Of a stretch of DNA of 64,000 nt, positions 19,101-25,851 are shown in pieces; the first letter of the stretch is position 1; each line of letters starts with the position of its first letter. The notes beneath the pieces are model-generated. The model worked only from the letters and a program-made list of their open reading frames with translations, was not told the origin of the DNA and ran no database searches. Source of the DNA: Candidatus Kaiserbacteria bacterium (lineage in GTDB: Bacteria; Patescibacteriota; Minisyncoccia; Phycocordibacterales; UBA2100); assembly GCA_017134395.1 (NCBI GenBank), contig CP070993.1, positions 320,210-384,209 on the forward strand. The letters run 5' to 3'. Made by a program: the position numbers and the translations under genes.

Positions 19101-22100
19101 TATATTCTGAATCTGGTGTTGCTTGAATACCTACACTCCCATTAGAATCAATAATAAACGGAGTTGTATCGCTTGCTGAATCGTTCACAACAAAACTGTT
19201 GCCCGTACCTGTGTTAGTGATGGAGAGTACTTCAGTACCATCTGCTGCTATGTCAGTTGAAGCATCGAGTGCAAGCGCATCCTTAAATTCAGTGAAATCG
19301 AGCGTGTCGGCAGTAACATCAGCACCGTCAACGGTGGTGGTTGAGACAACACCTGAGCTGTTGGTGGTGAGGATGCCTCCGGTGAGTGCGCTAAGAGTAA
19401 GTGCTGATTCAAGTATGGTGTTGCCGGTGATACGTGCGGTGCCTGAGACATCTAGTTTGTATGATGGCGCAGCGTTTCCAAGACCTAACTGCCCAGTATT
19501 ATCAATATAAACAGTCTGAGTGTTATTGGAACCTCCTCCACGCAACTCTAACTTATGTGAATTAGAGTTCTCACCGATGTATGTATTTTGGTTACTAAAA
19601 TAGATATGAGAATTATCGGGACTCAACCCTATAGAGCCAGCAACATCGAGCGCATACGATGGGGTGCTGTCGCCAATCCCCACATTTCCACTACTCACAT
19701 CAGCAAACAATGCGGGAGTACTTGAGGTACCGACGCGTAGGTCGCCCCAGACGTCGAGTGCTGATGCGGGTGAAGTAGTGCCGATACCGACGTTGCCACC
19801 ATCTGCTATCACAATTCCGTCGCCAGCACCTTCACCCCATACATTGAGGTAACCAAAATTAGAGGCTTCGTTGTATCCGATAACAAGGGCGTCATCTGCA
19901 ATTGCGCTTTGTCCTATTGCTATGAAGTCAACATCGTTATCATCTGCATTAGTATTAAAGAAGCTTGCTATGTTTACCGTTCCACTTGAATCAGCTTCTA
20001 CATGCAATTTGGAGTTTGGCGAGGTGGTGCCAATACCGACGTTGCCTCCGGTTGATGGATTGATGTAAGTTTCTGCTCCTTCCAACCATAAATTTTTGTA
20101 AGAAGATGCGCCACGATCGTATGCCTGAACAAATCCATATCCGTTATATCCTAATTCGACTCCAGCACCGGAGGCTGTCATTGACGGCGCTCCAGTTGCA
20201 CGAAGATTTCCGGATACATCTAGAGTTGCCACAGGCGACGCCACCCCCACCCCAACTCTATTCGTTGAACTATCAATCACGAGAGTGTTTGCATCAAAGT
20301 TGAGATCAGCAGAGTTGGTGTCGAGGTCGAAGGTGGTGGTGGCGTCTACGGTGAGTGCATCTTTGAATTCAGTGAAGTCGAGTGTGTCTGCGTCGATGAC
20401 ACTTGCGTCGATAGTGGTGGTTGAGACGACACCTGAGCTGTTGGTGGTGAGGATGCCTCCGGTGAGTGCGCTGAGAGTAAGTGCTGATTCAAGTATGGTG
20501 TTGCCGGTGATACGTGCGGTGCCTGCTACGGTGAGTTTTTCAGCGGGAGTGGTGGTGCCGATACCGACGTTACCTAAATTATTTATCACAATCCCTTTAC
20601 TTGAACCATCAAAACCGTCTCTAGTAATTTTTAAGTTGTCTTCAGAATAATCAACCCCAATGAAACCGTATCTGGGTGTGCCATCAGCATCAGATGCCAT
20701 TCTGATGAATGAGTTGTCTGTATCATTTGTACTCAACCCAATATCTGCAATTCCGGTTGTTGAAAGTACATCTAATTTCCTACCTGGACTACCTGTACCA
20801 ATCCCAACCCTGTTCGTTGAACTGTCAATGTACAAGGTGTTTGAGTCGAAGTTTAAGTCAGCGGAGTTGGTGTCGAGATCGAAAGTTGTGGTGGTATCTA
20901 CCACTAGTGAGTCTGAGAGCTGTGCGAAGTTGAGTGAGTCGTTAACGATGTCTAAGGTGACGGCTGCTGATTCAGTACCAGAATTAGAAACCGTAAAGAA
21001 AGCGTTGCCTGCGTCTGCAAGCGTTGCGAGATAATTACCTGTTGTGTGTGTACCGAGTGTGATGAGGTTGTTAAGTGTGGTGGTTCCTGTGCCTCCGTTG
21101 GTTACAGGAAGAACTCCAGTGACCTCAGTGGTGAGATCAACCGAGGTACCAAGTGTTGTTTCGAGTGATCCTGAATTGAGAGTAAGTCCAGTACCAGTGA
21201 AGTCGGTGATTGTTTCTGAGTTGGTGCGGAATCCACCAGAGGCTCGTGTGACACCAACAACGTCGAGTGGATATGATGGAGTTACTCCTATACCAAAATT
21301 ACCAGATGAATCGAAACGAGCCACCTCTGTATTTGACGTACTAAACAATATCGCGCCAGCTTCCCTGTTGATAATAGCTAGATTTAGTCCGTTTCCTTGA
21401 ATAAGGCTACCGTCAGCAGCCAAAGTGCCTGTTGTTCCGTTAGTAAGTTTTAATTCGGGAAATGAAGTTGCATTGATGTGTAGCCCTGTTCCTCCACCAG
21501 CAAGAGCAGGTGCCGCGGTACCAATACCCACATTTCCTGCTATTTCTATGTCCCCATCACTTTGTGCTACCAACAATTCTGTACCTGCAGAATTTTCCAA
21601 ACGGATTGAACCACCACTTACTATTGGCCTGATATTTGAAAGCCACGCTATGTCAGCACCGTCATTCAATTGTAAATCTCCATCGATATGCAACTTCGAT
21701 CCAGGTGTTGTGGTACCAATACCGACGTTGCCTGCTCCATTAATGATCATTTGTGTATCGAGAGTTCCGTTCGAAGTGGAAAATCGCAAATCGCCGTACT
21801 CTGCACCAGATTCATTTTCAGAACTTATACGAGCACCTATATAATTTTCAGGACTTGCATCATTATTATCCCAATTCTGAAAATCTAAACGTCCATAATC
21901 TGCTCCCGCACTTTGCTTTGCGCCTCCAATGGTAACGGTGCGTTGTACATCAGCACTTCCCCCTCTATCTGCAACTATGTTCCCACCGTAAATATGTAGT
22001 TTCTCACTTGGTGAAGTAGTACCGATACCGATGTTGCCATCCACACCAACAGTCAGTACGCGACTACCACTGAAATCATCAGCTACAAAAATAGGTGCAG

Positions 22101-25044
22101 TTTGCGTATTAGAGCCTACAAGATGCAGTGTTGGTACAGTTGTAGTGCTTGAATCATTTTGAATAAAGAACGGTTGGTTTATATCAAACCGTTCGGACGT
22201 TGAATCCCATTTAACGACAGCATTTGGTACTACTGTTCCGCGGAAAAAGACAAGGTTCGAATCCTCCGTATCAACGGAGGCATTATCTGTATTAATCGTG
22301 AATGAATTATTACTCGTGCCTCCAATAGTTGTTGAAGCTGCAGAGATACTGTTCACGTTGATGTTATCAGCGTAAATTTCGTCCCAATAATATGATGGCG
22401 AACCGAGATCTCGCACTGCATTTACGTCAGGGATTAAATCTGAATTGATAGATGCATTAACGGTCAATGTATCAGAAGATGTGTCTCCGATAATGTTTGC
22501 ATTTCCGTTTACCGTTAAGCTACCGGTTACTGTTGTTGTTGCGAGATTCGCGCTGTTCGTTGCGACAAGATTAGTTGTTGTTGCGTTTGTTGCTGTGAGA
22601 TTTGTAAAAATGCTTGTAAGCGAAGTGAAGAGTGAGGTGTAAAAATTAGTTGAAGTTGCATTGGTAAATACAGAATTTGTTGCAACCAAATTTGTTGATG
22701 TTGCGTTAGTAAACACACCTGTACTTGGAGTTGCTGCACCAATGGGTGTGTTTTCGATGGTTCCTGCGGTGATGGTGAGGTCGTCTGCAACGTTTGCGTC
22801 TGGAAGAACTCCTGTTACGTCTGCTGTGAGGTCTATGAGTGACGTTGCAACACTACCCGCTGTTGCCTTTAGAAAGCCTGTGAGTGAGCCGAGTGAAAGT
22901 GAGGCAATTGTTGTTGTAGCGAGGGTTGTGGTACCGGTTGCAACGAGATTCGTTGACGTTGCATTTGTTGCAGTTAAATCAGTTACGACGCCGGTCGTAA
23001 TAGTTGCATCCGTAATAGTTGTTGTAGCAAGATTTGAATTTCCTGAAACGATGAGTGTTCCTGATGTTGTGTCGTTTGCAGCAAGATTTGTGATTGTCGT
23101 AGTCGCGAGAGTTGCTGAGTTGGTTGCAACAAAATCAGTTGTTGTTGCGTTGGTAAACGTGGCTTCAGTCGCGGTTAGGTTTGTTGTGAATGTGTTCGTG
23201 CTGGTTGCGTTCACTGCGGTAACATTTGTAAATTCGGCGGTGAGTGCTGAGAGGAATGAGCTAAAGAAATTAGTACTCGTTGCATTTACCAATACAGAAC
23301 TTGTTGCAAAAAGATTCGCTGTCGTGGCATTTGTTGTGAGTAAGTCGGTAATATTTCCTGTTGTAATAGTTGCATCGGTGATGGTTGTGGTTGCAAGGTT
23401 CGCGCTGTTCGTTGCGACAAGGTTTGTTGTTGTTGCGTTGGTGAGTATTGCATCATCTGCGGTGAGATTAGCAAATGCACCAGTGATGGCAGTGATAAGC
23501 GAAGTGTAAAAATTGGTACTCGTTGCGTTGGTGAGTACTGCGTCTGTTGCTACAAAGTTTGTGGCAGTTGCGTTGTTGACAGTGAGTTCTGTGATGGTCG
23601 TGGTTGCGAGAGTAGTAAGACCTGTTGCAGTAAAATCATTTACGGTAAGTGCACCTCCGAGAGATGTAGCTCCAGTCACTGAAAGATTCCCAGCAATACT
23701 TACATTATCACCAAACGTTGCTGCATTATTTACAGAAAGTGTCGTGGCTGCAACTGATGTATTGGTAATTCGTGAATTACTAATATCAACATCGCCAAGA
23801 TTATCGATACGCTGTGTAAGAGCTACTGCATGGAAGTTTCCGGCAACACCGCCGGCGTTTCTTGTCGAAACGCGCACTATTTCCTGACGTAATTCATTTT
23901 CTAACTGTTGCAGATCTACCAGCGATACACCGCTTTGAGTAACGATACGTTGTGTTTCTACAACACGTTCTACTACTGGTTGGTTAATTACATTGGTTAT
24001 ATTTCCTGAACCAGTTTGTTGTATCGGTACATATAGTGCATCGGTGTTTGGCGTTGTGGTAACAGTAATTTGAGGAGTATCTGTATTGTTCTGTGCAATA
24101 GCTTTTACTGAAAGTTCAACACGACCACGGCTATTTCCTGAATGTACGAACATCAAACTCGAACCGATGTCAGCATTAACCCCAGCAAAGAAACCTTGAA
24201 CATTAACATATACTTTTCCGAACAAATCCAATGCGCTCACTTGCGCCACTACGTTTTTTCCCAAAACAGAAGCTGCTGGCTGTGAAGCAAAGTCGTCTAG
24301 AGCGATAACTGAATTACTAAAATCTGTGTTGATCTTTGTAATAAGATTAGGTAACGCATCAAAAACACTTGCAACCTTAATTATTTCTTCTTCGAAAGTA
24401 TCAAGTGCAGTAGTTCGATACTGTGCATGAGAAAGTGCTGAGGTACTAAACACCAATGTGACTGCAGTTATGAGAGCCACGGACTTTTGCACAAAAGTGT
24501 ACACAGGATTCGCGGGCACAATTGGCGTACGAACAATTACCTCTTGCCGAAGACCATCGGCGGCAGCACCAGTTTCAAGCAAACGCTTTCGGAAGTACGT
24601 ACCGGTGATTGGTTGTTCTAGTTTGTGAACACTAACGGCCTTTTGTACACTTTTGGCTTTTGAAACAATTGGGGTAACGAGATTCTTTTCTACCTTATTT
24701 TTGTTTGCTGCGTATACTTCTTCTGCAATTTCTTTTGCCTGCTTTGCGTGTGCAGCAATTTTCTGTGCAAGAATTTTTTGTGCAGGAGCAATTTCTGGTG
24801 TCTTATATTCGTCCTTACGCTCTTTAGAAAGTTCTTCCTTGCGTACTACACGAGCATGTTCGATTCGTACAATGTGCTCCTTTAATGAAGTCTCTTCGAC
24901 AAACCACGCTCGTCCGATTCGGCGACAACTCACAGAACCTTCGCGGCACATTTTTCCAATATAGTCAGGAGTATACCCAGCAGCTTTACCAGCGGCATCC
25001 GATGAAAGGTACTTTTTGTTGTCGAGAGTTAAATGTTTGCTCAC
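7132..25044 (-). CDS. giant (5970 aa) membrane-anchored, fibre-like surface protein. It has an N-terminal excisionase-type HTH-like module, one TM helix, and a very long extracellular region. That region contains about 48 GNVGIGTTxPxxKL repeats, phage tail-fibre-like NxAIGYxAL repeats, a C1q/TNF-like domain, a peptidase-S74-like intramolecular chaperone motif, an Ig-like domain and an acidic T/E/V-rich tail.
   Basis: One uninterrupted 17,913-nt ORF, essentially impossible by chance. The start is GTG at 25044, with no ATG in frame until residue 32 and no SD within 20 nt. Residues ~12-50 read YLSSDAAGKAAGYTPDYIGKMCREGSVSCRRIGRAWFV, which is HTH_17-like. The TM helix is FVQKSVALITAVTLVFSTSAL at 24425..24500. 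The repeated motifs are listed in the findings. Confidence 0.85.
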   Translation of the reverse strand: MSKHLTLDNKKYLSSDAAGKAAGYTPDYIGKMCREGSVSCRRIGRAWFVEETSLKEHIVRIEHARVVRKEELSKERKDEYKTPEIAPAQKILAQKIAAHAKQAKEIAEEVYAANKNKVEKNLVTPIVSKAKSVQKAVSVHKLEQPITGTYFRKRLLETGAAADGLRQEVIVRTPIVPANPVYTFVQKSVALITAVTLVFSTSALSHAQYRTTALDTFEEEIIKVASVFDALPNLITKINTDFSNSVIALDDFASQPAASVLGKNVVAQVSALDLFGKVYVNVQGFFAGVNADIGSSLMFVHSGNSRGRVELSVKAIAQNNTDTPQITVTTTPNTDALYVPIQQTGSGNITNVINQPVVERVVETQRIVTQSGVSLVDLQQLENELRQEIVRVSTRNAGGVAGNFHAVALTQRIDNLGDVDISNSRITNTSVAATTLSVNNAATFGDNVSIAGNLSVTGATSLGGALTVNDFTATGLTTLATTTITELTVNNATATNFVATDAVLTNATSTNFYTSLITAITGAFANLTADDAILTNATTTNLVATNSANLATTTITDATITTGNITDLLTTNATTANLFATSSVLVNATSTNFFSSFLSALTAEFTNVTAVNATSTNTFTTNLTATEATFTNATTTDFVATNSATLATTTITNLAANDTTSGTLIVSGNSNLATTTITDATITTGVVTDLTATNATSTNLVATGTTTLATTTIASLSLGSLTGFLKATAGSVATSLIDLTADVTGVLPDANVADDLTITAGTIENTPIGAATPSTGVFTNATSTNLVATNSVFTNATSTNFYTSLFTSLTSIFTNLTATNATTTNLVATNSANLATTTVTGSLTVNGNANIIGDTSSDTLTVNASINSDLIPDVNAVRDLGSPSYYWDEIYADNINVNSISAASTTIGGTSNNSFTINTDNASVDTEDSNLVFFRGTVVPNAVVKWDSTSERFDINQPFFIQNDSSTTTVPTLHLVGSNTQTAPIFVADDFSGSRVLTVGVDGNIGIGTTSPSEKLHIYGGNIVADRGGSADVQRTVTIGGAKQSAGADYGRLDFQNWDNNDASPENYIGARISSENESGAEYGDLRFSTSNGTLDTQMIINGAGNVGIGTTTPGSKLHIDGDLQLNDGADIAWLSNIRPIVSGGSIRLENSAGTELLVAQSDGDIEIAGNVGIGTAAPALAGGGTGLHINATSFPELKLTNGTTGTLAADGSLIQGNGLNLAIINREAGAILFSTSNTEVARFDSSGNFGIGVTPSYPLDVVGVTRASGGFRTNSETITDFTGTGLTLNSGSLETTLGTSVDLTTEVTGVLPVTNGGTGTTTLNNLITLGTHTTGNYLATLADAGNAFFTVSNSGTESAAVTLDIVNDSLNFAQLSDSLVVDTTTTFDLDTNSADLNFDSNTLYIDSSTNRVGIGTGSPGRKLDVLSTTGIADIGLSTNDTDNSFIRMASDADGTPRYGFIGVDYSEDNLKITRDGFDGSSKGIVINNLGNVGIGTTTPAEKLTVAGTARITGNTILESALTLSALTGGILTTNSSGVVSTTTIDASVIDADTLDFTEFKDALTVDATTTFDLDTNSADLNFDANTLVIDSSTNRVGVGVASPVATLDVSGNLRATGAPSMTASGAGVELGYNGYGFVQAYDRGASSYKNLWLEGAETYINPSTGGNVGIGTTSPNSKLHVEADSSGTVNIASFFNTNADDNDVDFIAIGQSAIADDALVIGYNEASNFGYLNVWGEGAGDGIVIADGGNVGIGTTSPASALDVWGDLRVGTSSTPALFADVSSGNVGIGDSTPSYALDVAGSIGLSPDNSHIYFSNQNTYIGENSNSHKLELRGGGSNNTQTVYIDNTGQLGLGNAAPSYKLDVSGTARITGNTILESALTLSALTGGILTTNSSGVVSTTTVDGADVTADTLDFTEFKDALALDASTDIAADGTEVLSITNTGTGNSFVVNDSASDTTPFIIDSNGSVGIQATPDSEYKLDVRNPGTTVLVGVHSNSTGRPAGIEFGTGSATNNYGFVGYDGSTINFGSVYAFGVDTTISNRGTEYIRLTGGNVGIGTTTPDGTLHVFDTGNADILAERSGGAKVKVQAQASAGQIGTQTSHPLQLITNAGARLTIDTSGNVGIGTTSPASALDVWGDLRVGTSSTPTLFTDVSSGNVGINTATPALGLTIAQNADDNGLRVYGYDDRSTRYGEFYVDATGYLNVNALVNGYIKSNGADLLQWGSGFLRVNNNTPLRFGSGTDYSVGYYNVDDTFRITDGTDLTSTPRLTLDNTGNVGIGTTTPSGKLHVTSADQLVSTFERTSGSGYTQVDIKANVAGDTGNSVLTFSDTSGSPGLIDYEHANDSLAFSTSGSEALRIDASGNVGIGTTTPAEKLHVSEGDILLDNNQFLKGSLASGFDRNLIGYDATENLIIGHSGTSVTGDVNIYAGTASKKIGFFPDGATEAVRITDSGNVGIGTTSPVANLAVVGEVLATTGFYSENTTITGGTPFGILVGGADDSTNIFDIAAGGAYGKEGGWIRFPRGGVGTNASRAWIGSTYTGNYGDDIRIYSSKLGNNNQTATSSALNAVFRQDYVSLHTGSAGASDTSERLRITSAGNVGIGTSTPGNMNFRTNLDIAGGTYGGAVTIYGDDAATKLSGWFDSGTPQAAKFGTQSSHQLDLMVGNTERLSIDTSGNVGIGTSTPEAKLVVWDSTDVSSSGGGALRVGASNTDFIAIDNNEIQAIGSGVASSLYLNTDGGTVFIHDATDGVFAVNSDDLYVTGAGNVGIGTTTPASKLDVWGDLRVGTSSTPALFTDVSSGNVGIGTASPSQKLIVYQASAGTPAVIETDGGFTALQLKTGTGLVNLVATGGDFNVQTGGAERFRITNTGNIGIGTTTPANQLTTTGSVQFAALTGGILTTNSSGVVSTTTIDASLIDADTLDFTEFKDALTVDATTTFDLDTNSADLDFDNNTLYIDSSANMIGIGDPTPSNKLDVQGALRVGSGYNNVVAPSNGAIIEGNVGIGTTGPGAKLDVEGDVIIATGLNVGGDLGAATGTIYAYDGVNGGNFGKDSGDLFDIRDGQIFVRQNDNWEYQFLTSDFSPYFNDANDLGTASKQWQDLYTIDGFFSGNIGIGTTTPEETLHIYNSDPSVKLTNASSPSSYRSVISHNWDTNNGFGIYSGTNLTQVMGAANNVGTVFFPNGNVSIGTTSASYKLDVHNENGGVLARFKDSDSVHEGIIIAGDVNGGWIGNNALATGEGFYIQDSLNGIRTYAGGVEVSRALATSYTFNELGADIDFRVEGVGEVNALFVEGSSGNVGIGTASPDTALEILSTDQPQFQITYNSTNKAAFQRSGGDFKLQVSDSGGTLQDRLTVNESGNIGIGTTNPDSILTGTALSISTQGARTTGDGIGSLNFITNDASYTGTYADGIGAEISAISDSATGAAYGLAFTTGTITSSNRAERLRITSTGNVGIGTTTPLGKLHISSAVSGAPAVSSSADELVVEGIGPAGISIVGGTSSDTSIFFGDSGSQTMGRIVYDNNANDLSLWTTATERLTIDSSGNVGIGTTTPDATLSIYETAVANPLRVYSNTYNAVALFNSSDNNAVITISDDDTTSYLLAEDGYTSIGGNNALDAGNLNINNTSGNVGIGTTTPEQKLEVVGGNIQIDNNQYLKSRLTTGTSVNLIGYNSGNQTIVGANAEVKLDGTATLQPPGNIVFQPGGTSDINATLDSDTDLNVGSGMLFVEGNTGNVGIGTTTPDSLLHVAGVSKFGYDGIGLDSSLVQLFGGSTTSGNQQSFSFEVGDTGLSDLNTKNLVVRGASGSSDIAFSPSTSYPGLLMLDGSTGNVGIGTTSPASTLDVWGDLRVGTSSTPALFTDVSSGNVGIGTASPSSKLDISGSGALLEVGTALTINDASTYGLDSNQKLRITRNDPGIVFKESDASNQEWFVHSLGGNFSLRDLTAGSVYPFTVQAGAGQDSLLVQSDGDVIMNQGNVGIGTDSPSTNLQVVQSGTAITASAQTVASFQRSGDTIVSIISSPTTKSFLDFGDTDSAVMGRIIYDNVGNGFSFRTNGVNDQMVVTSAGNVGIGTTNPSSKLDVLGYINTSNGYKLEGNTILQASTTTGSLFVGNTGNTTHTGNENTALGTSALSSLTTGTKNVAVGYQALENATSTASNVAIGYRALRSSTAGGAAYIGGSSIAIGVQSGMNNTTGFANSFLGANAGLNNTTGNANVFLGYYTGIGNIDGSSNVAIGGLSNAIGTLRFNTSPDSVVAVGAAAAAGLSNYYNEGGTYVGTQSGYSAATSSNYNTFLGFKSGYGVTTGSNNTIIGAATLSGAQNQITSGANNISIGYNVAVPSATANNQLVIGNLIYGTGLDGTQSTLSSGNVGIGTSSPASKLDVWGDFRVGTSSTPALFADVSNGNVGIGTSTLAGWGLSVKTGISSGDAVRIGTPGGYPGLAFFDNAGDQEANIGVHQTTGDLHLWTNSASDLVIDSTGNVGIGTTSPQALLHLYKNNPDLAIFQGSDLAGYITYKNNSNALVGYSGYATPGQVFSDALTNAMVIRGEYAVQFGTGSGSDLTINSSGNVGIGTTTPTTKLSVNGALSLASTTPATTVNALYNVSGSLYWNGSAVGSGAALFTDGGTTTYLTSLTDDLAIGGTTSDAPLFFDESASALSLNPFGTSAGNTGEVRFEELEANGDNYVALKAPDAITSNTTFTLPTADGTAGQFLTTDASGNLSFATAGDGISPSFSVHRNNVAQSIPGNTWTKVAWTTEHFDTNSDFASDRFTPTVAGKYLLTTKTRFESVSDSDQTYMAIYKNGALYSSDYKTSTGTFRTNQVSVVVDANGTTDYFEVYVHQSSASNKDINGWSAYTSFTGSRIDGGNGLWTHNSPDISYTAGNVGIGTTTPTEKLDVIGVVRSGNDSRAGFLAGPRDSSGSNAWLYNPTGDDGRLFIDGAGDVLTFTNTGNVGIGTTTPATKLQLVENGSNGSIVNLLTLDTNTQNVSVAGSGQIISFQGSSDVYSGAIGGYGDGSNGGIGIWGGGTISGNPELYVNDAGNVGIGTTTPSAKVWIYDSSAGAVGSPISNGDELVLESSGNTGLTIFNTASSVGSVLFGDPSDNDIGRIQYDHATDRLFFSAGAANIMHLVGGNVGIGDSTPDHKLDVAGNIGLTASSYINWGDTTGTTGYGFRDNAGTIQYKNNAGAWTDFSASSGGGWTDGGTDVYLATGTDNVGIGTATPARDLDLSTTGQITFGDNVTTDGSQGIYWHTASGYGIYRTAGAWTANTYQQLQVSFATGIVLDPGSGVYDRSHVGVIGGVSIGDSYYTTELDNGLAVQGSVGIGTTTPSQVLDVQGNINVTGSIIADAGTHVLRLTDNVNTVINPITAGGSVYLNWDEGSTGGGIKFGDGAATVVGSVSRAGDLQLDGALSIDGTGNNYLLGNVGIGTTTPESKLSVNLGSNDSTVNFAVSGVSPVLKNTITTTGTVARQDLSSITMGVGSTASSNYQGYLTFSTTPSAGSLTERMRILEGGNVGIGIDTPDTKLHVEGTSISSFTGTSDGVLRISSPYTANYFNSIDFAGASGSSAVPLARIAAKITPSGTELHFGTSNSYGSGITNDAIVIDPAGEVGIGVTNPTYKLQLNGQPAANGYTAWTNYSDRRLKENITELSTEDTTTLERISELRPVTYNYNELTGYDEETRSRRISGFIAQELKVTFPEMVGTTTINGTEYFDTNLSDLPLYLIQAIKELWVIVQENTKRIAELIDWQSSKDIQIAALEERLVAVEAQLAGVASATTQTEATSTTTSTPPTLTLIGTNPAEIALNANYSDLGITAQDADGNDLSITLTLNGEAVTTIDIDTTTDATHTITYSATDTNEQTATIERTVIVGTGTPTEEPVVEDTATSTPAVVIEDDTATSTDPVIVEEEVVEDTTATSTEPVVNDTTEPVVEETVEEEVVEDTVDEVIEPVATDTPAEETATTTDSTI

Positions 25045-25502
25045 AAAGTGTTTGATGACTTGTTCGGAACTCCGTTATATCTATATAATACTAGGTATTT
25101 CGGCACTCTCCCAACTCTCGCTTGGGGATAAAGTCTGCGCCTTTTTTTGACAAAAAGGACTCTGAAAACAGTCAAAAACCTTCTACTAAAAATAATCAAT
25201 ATCTGGCAATCTCAATTTTTATGCATAATCAAAGTTTCCCAGATACTTTTTTATCTTGAAGAACCTTCCTAACTCACTGCAACTATTTTTATTACTCGAT
25301 AAGCACGATAACCACCTCCTAACCCTAACAACCCAGGAAAGTACTCAGTGACTTCACAGTCCCTTGTAAGCAGCCAAAGATTACCATTGTCGAGATCTTT
25401 AAGGGACAACGATGTGTTCTTCTTAGCGTCTAATTGTTCTTAGAAATATAAACAAAGCGGTTTGTGGGCAGCATTTGTATAGAATTATATAAAATGGCTC
25501 TA

Positions 25503-25561
25503 AATCTCGGCTAGTGCAGGTATACAGTGCCAATCTCGGATATTATCTCGCTATATCTCGG
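25503..25561. promoter_or_regulatory. cluster of four direct ATCTCG[G/C] repeats in the 807-bp region upstream of the giant gene
   Basis: atctcgg at 25503, 25533 and 25555, and atctcgc at 25545. Spacing is irregular. The sequence between and around them is AT-rich, with TATAAT-like hexamers nearby. Confidence 0.3.
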
Positions 25562-25680
25562 TTATCCGAGGTTCATATTTGCACATCTTATCTTGCACTT
25601 TGCTGCCCTTTAGGCGTTTAAAACTAAATAATTCATACTACCATGCAGGAAAAGAGAGCTTATAAGTCCAGTAATCTGCG

Positions 25681-25717
25681 AGTACCAATTCAGACATGGG
25701 ATGTCTGAATTGGTACT
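25681..25717. repeat. 37-nt perfect palindrome agtaccaattcagacat-ggg-atgtctgaattggtact (family A-related core GACAT-NNN-ATGTC)
   Basis: 17-bp perfect arms. It lies between the stub-paralog stop and the giant gene start. Confidence 0.6.
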
Positions 25718-25769
25718 ATCCTGTATAACTCACCCCTCCCACACACATAATGCCTACATACCATCAAAA

Positions 25770-25797
25770 ATATATGGACATCGGATGTTCATATATG
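25770..25797. repeat. REP-like hairpin palindrome, family A copy 4 (tatatggacat-cgg-atgttcatata). It doubles as the likely intrinsic terminator of the upstream minus-strand gene.
   Basis: One arm mismatch relative to copies 1-3. On the minus-strand transcript the hairpin is followed by UUUUUGAUGG. It lies 55 nt downstream of the stop of gene 25852..26904. Confidence 0.55.
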
Positions 25798-25851
25798 TGA
25801 ATTTTTTAGGAAACGTAAGAGGAGAAAGCTAAAAAAGCTATTATTGTAGTT

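Noticed and set aside
7151-23887. Dozens of plus-strand ORFs (60-282 aa) inside the giant gene, e.g. 7151..7486, 20285..20650, 22661..23509, 23513..23887
   Set aside because: They are antisense frames of a highly repetitive, low-complexity coding region. They translate to V/S/T/P-rich nonsense (recurrent 'GVVVPIPTLPVL', the reverse of NVGIGTT) and are mutually near-identical because they mirror the sense-strand repeats.
6200-25797. Possibility that the recurring palindromes form a CRISPR array
   Set aside because: Copies are separated by 70 bp to 18 kb with genes in between. Each is self-complementary (a hairpin) rather than a direct repeat with unique spacers. No cas genes were seen.
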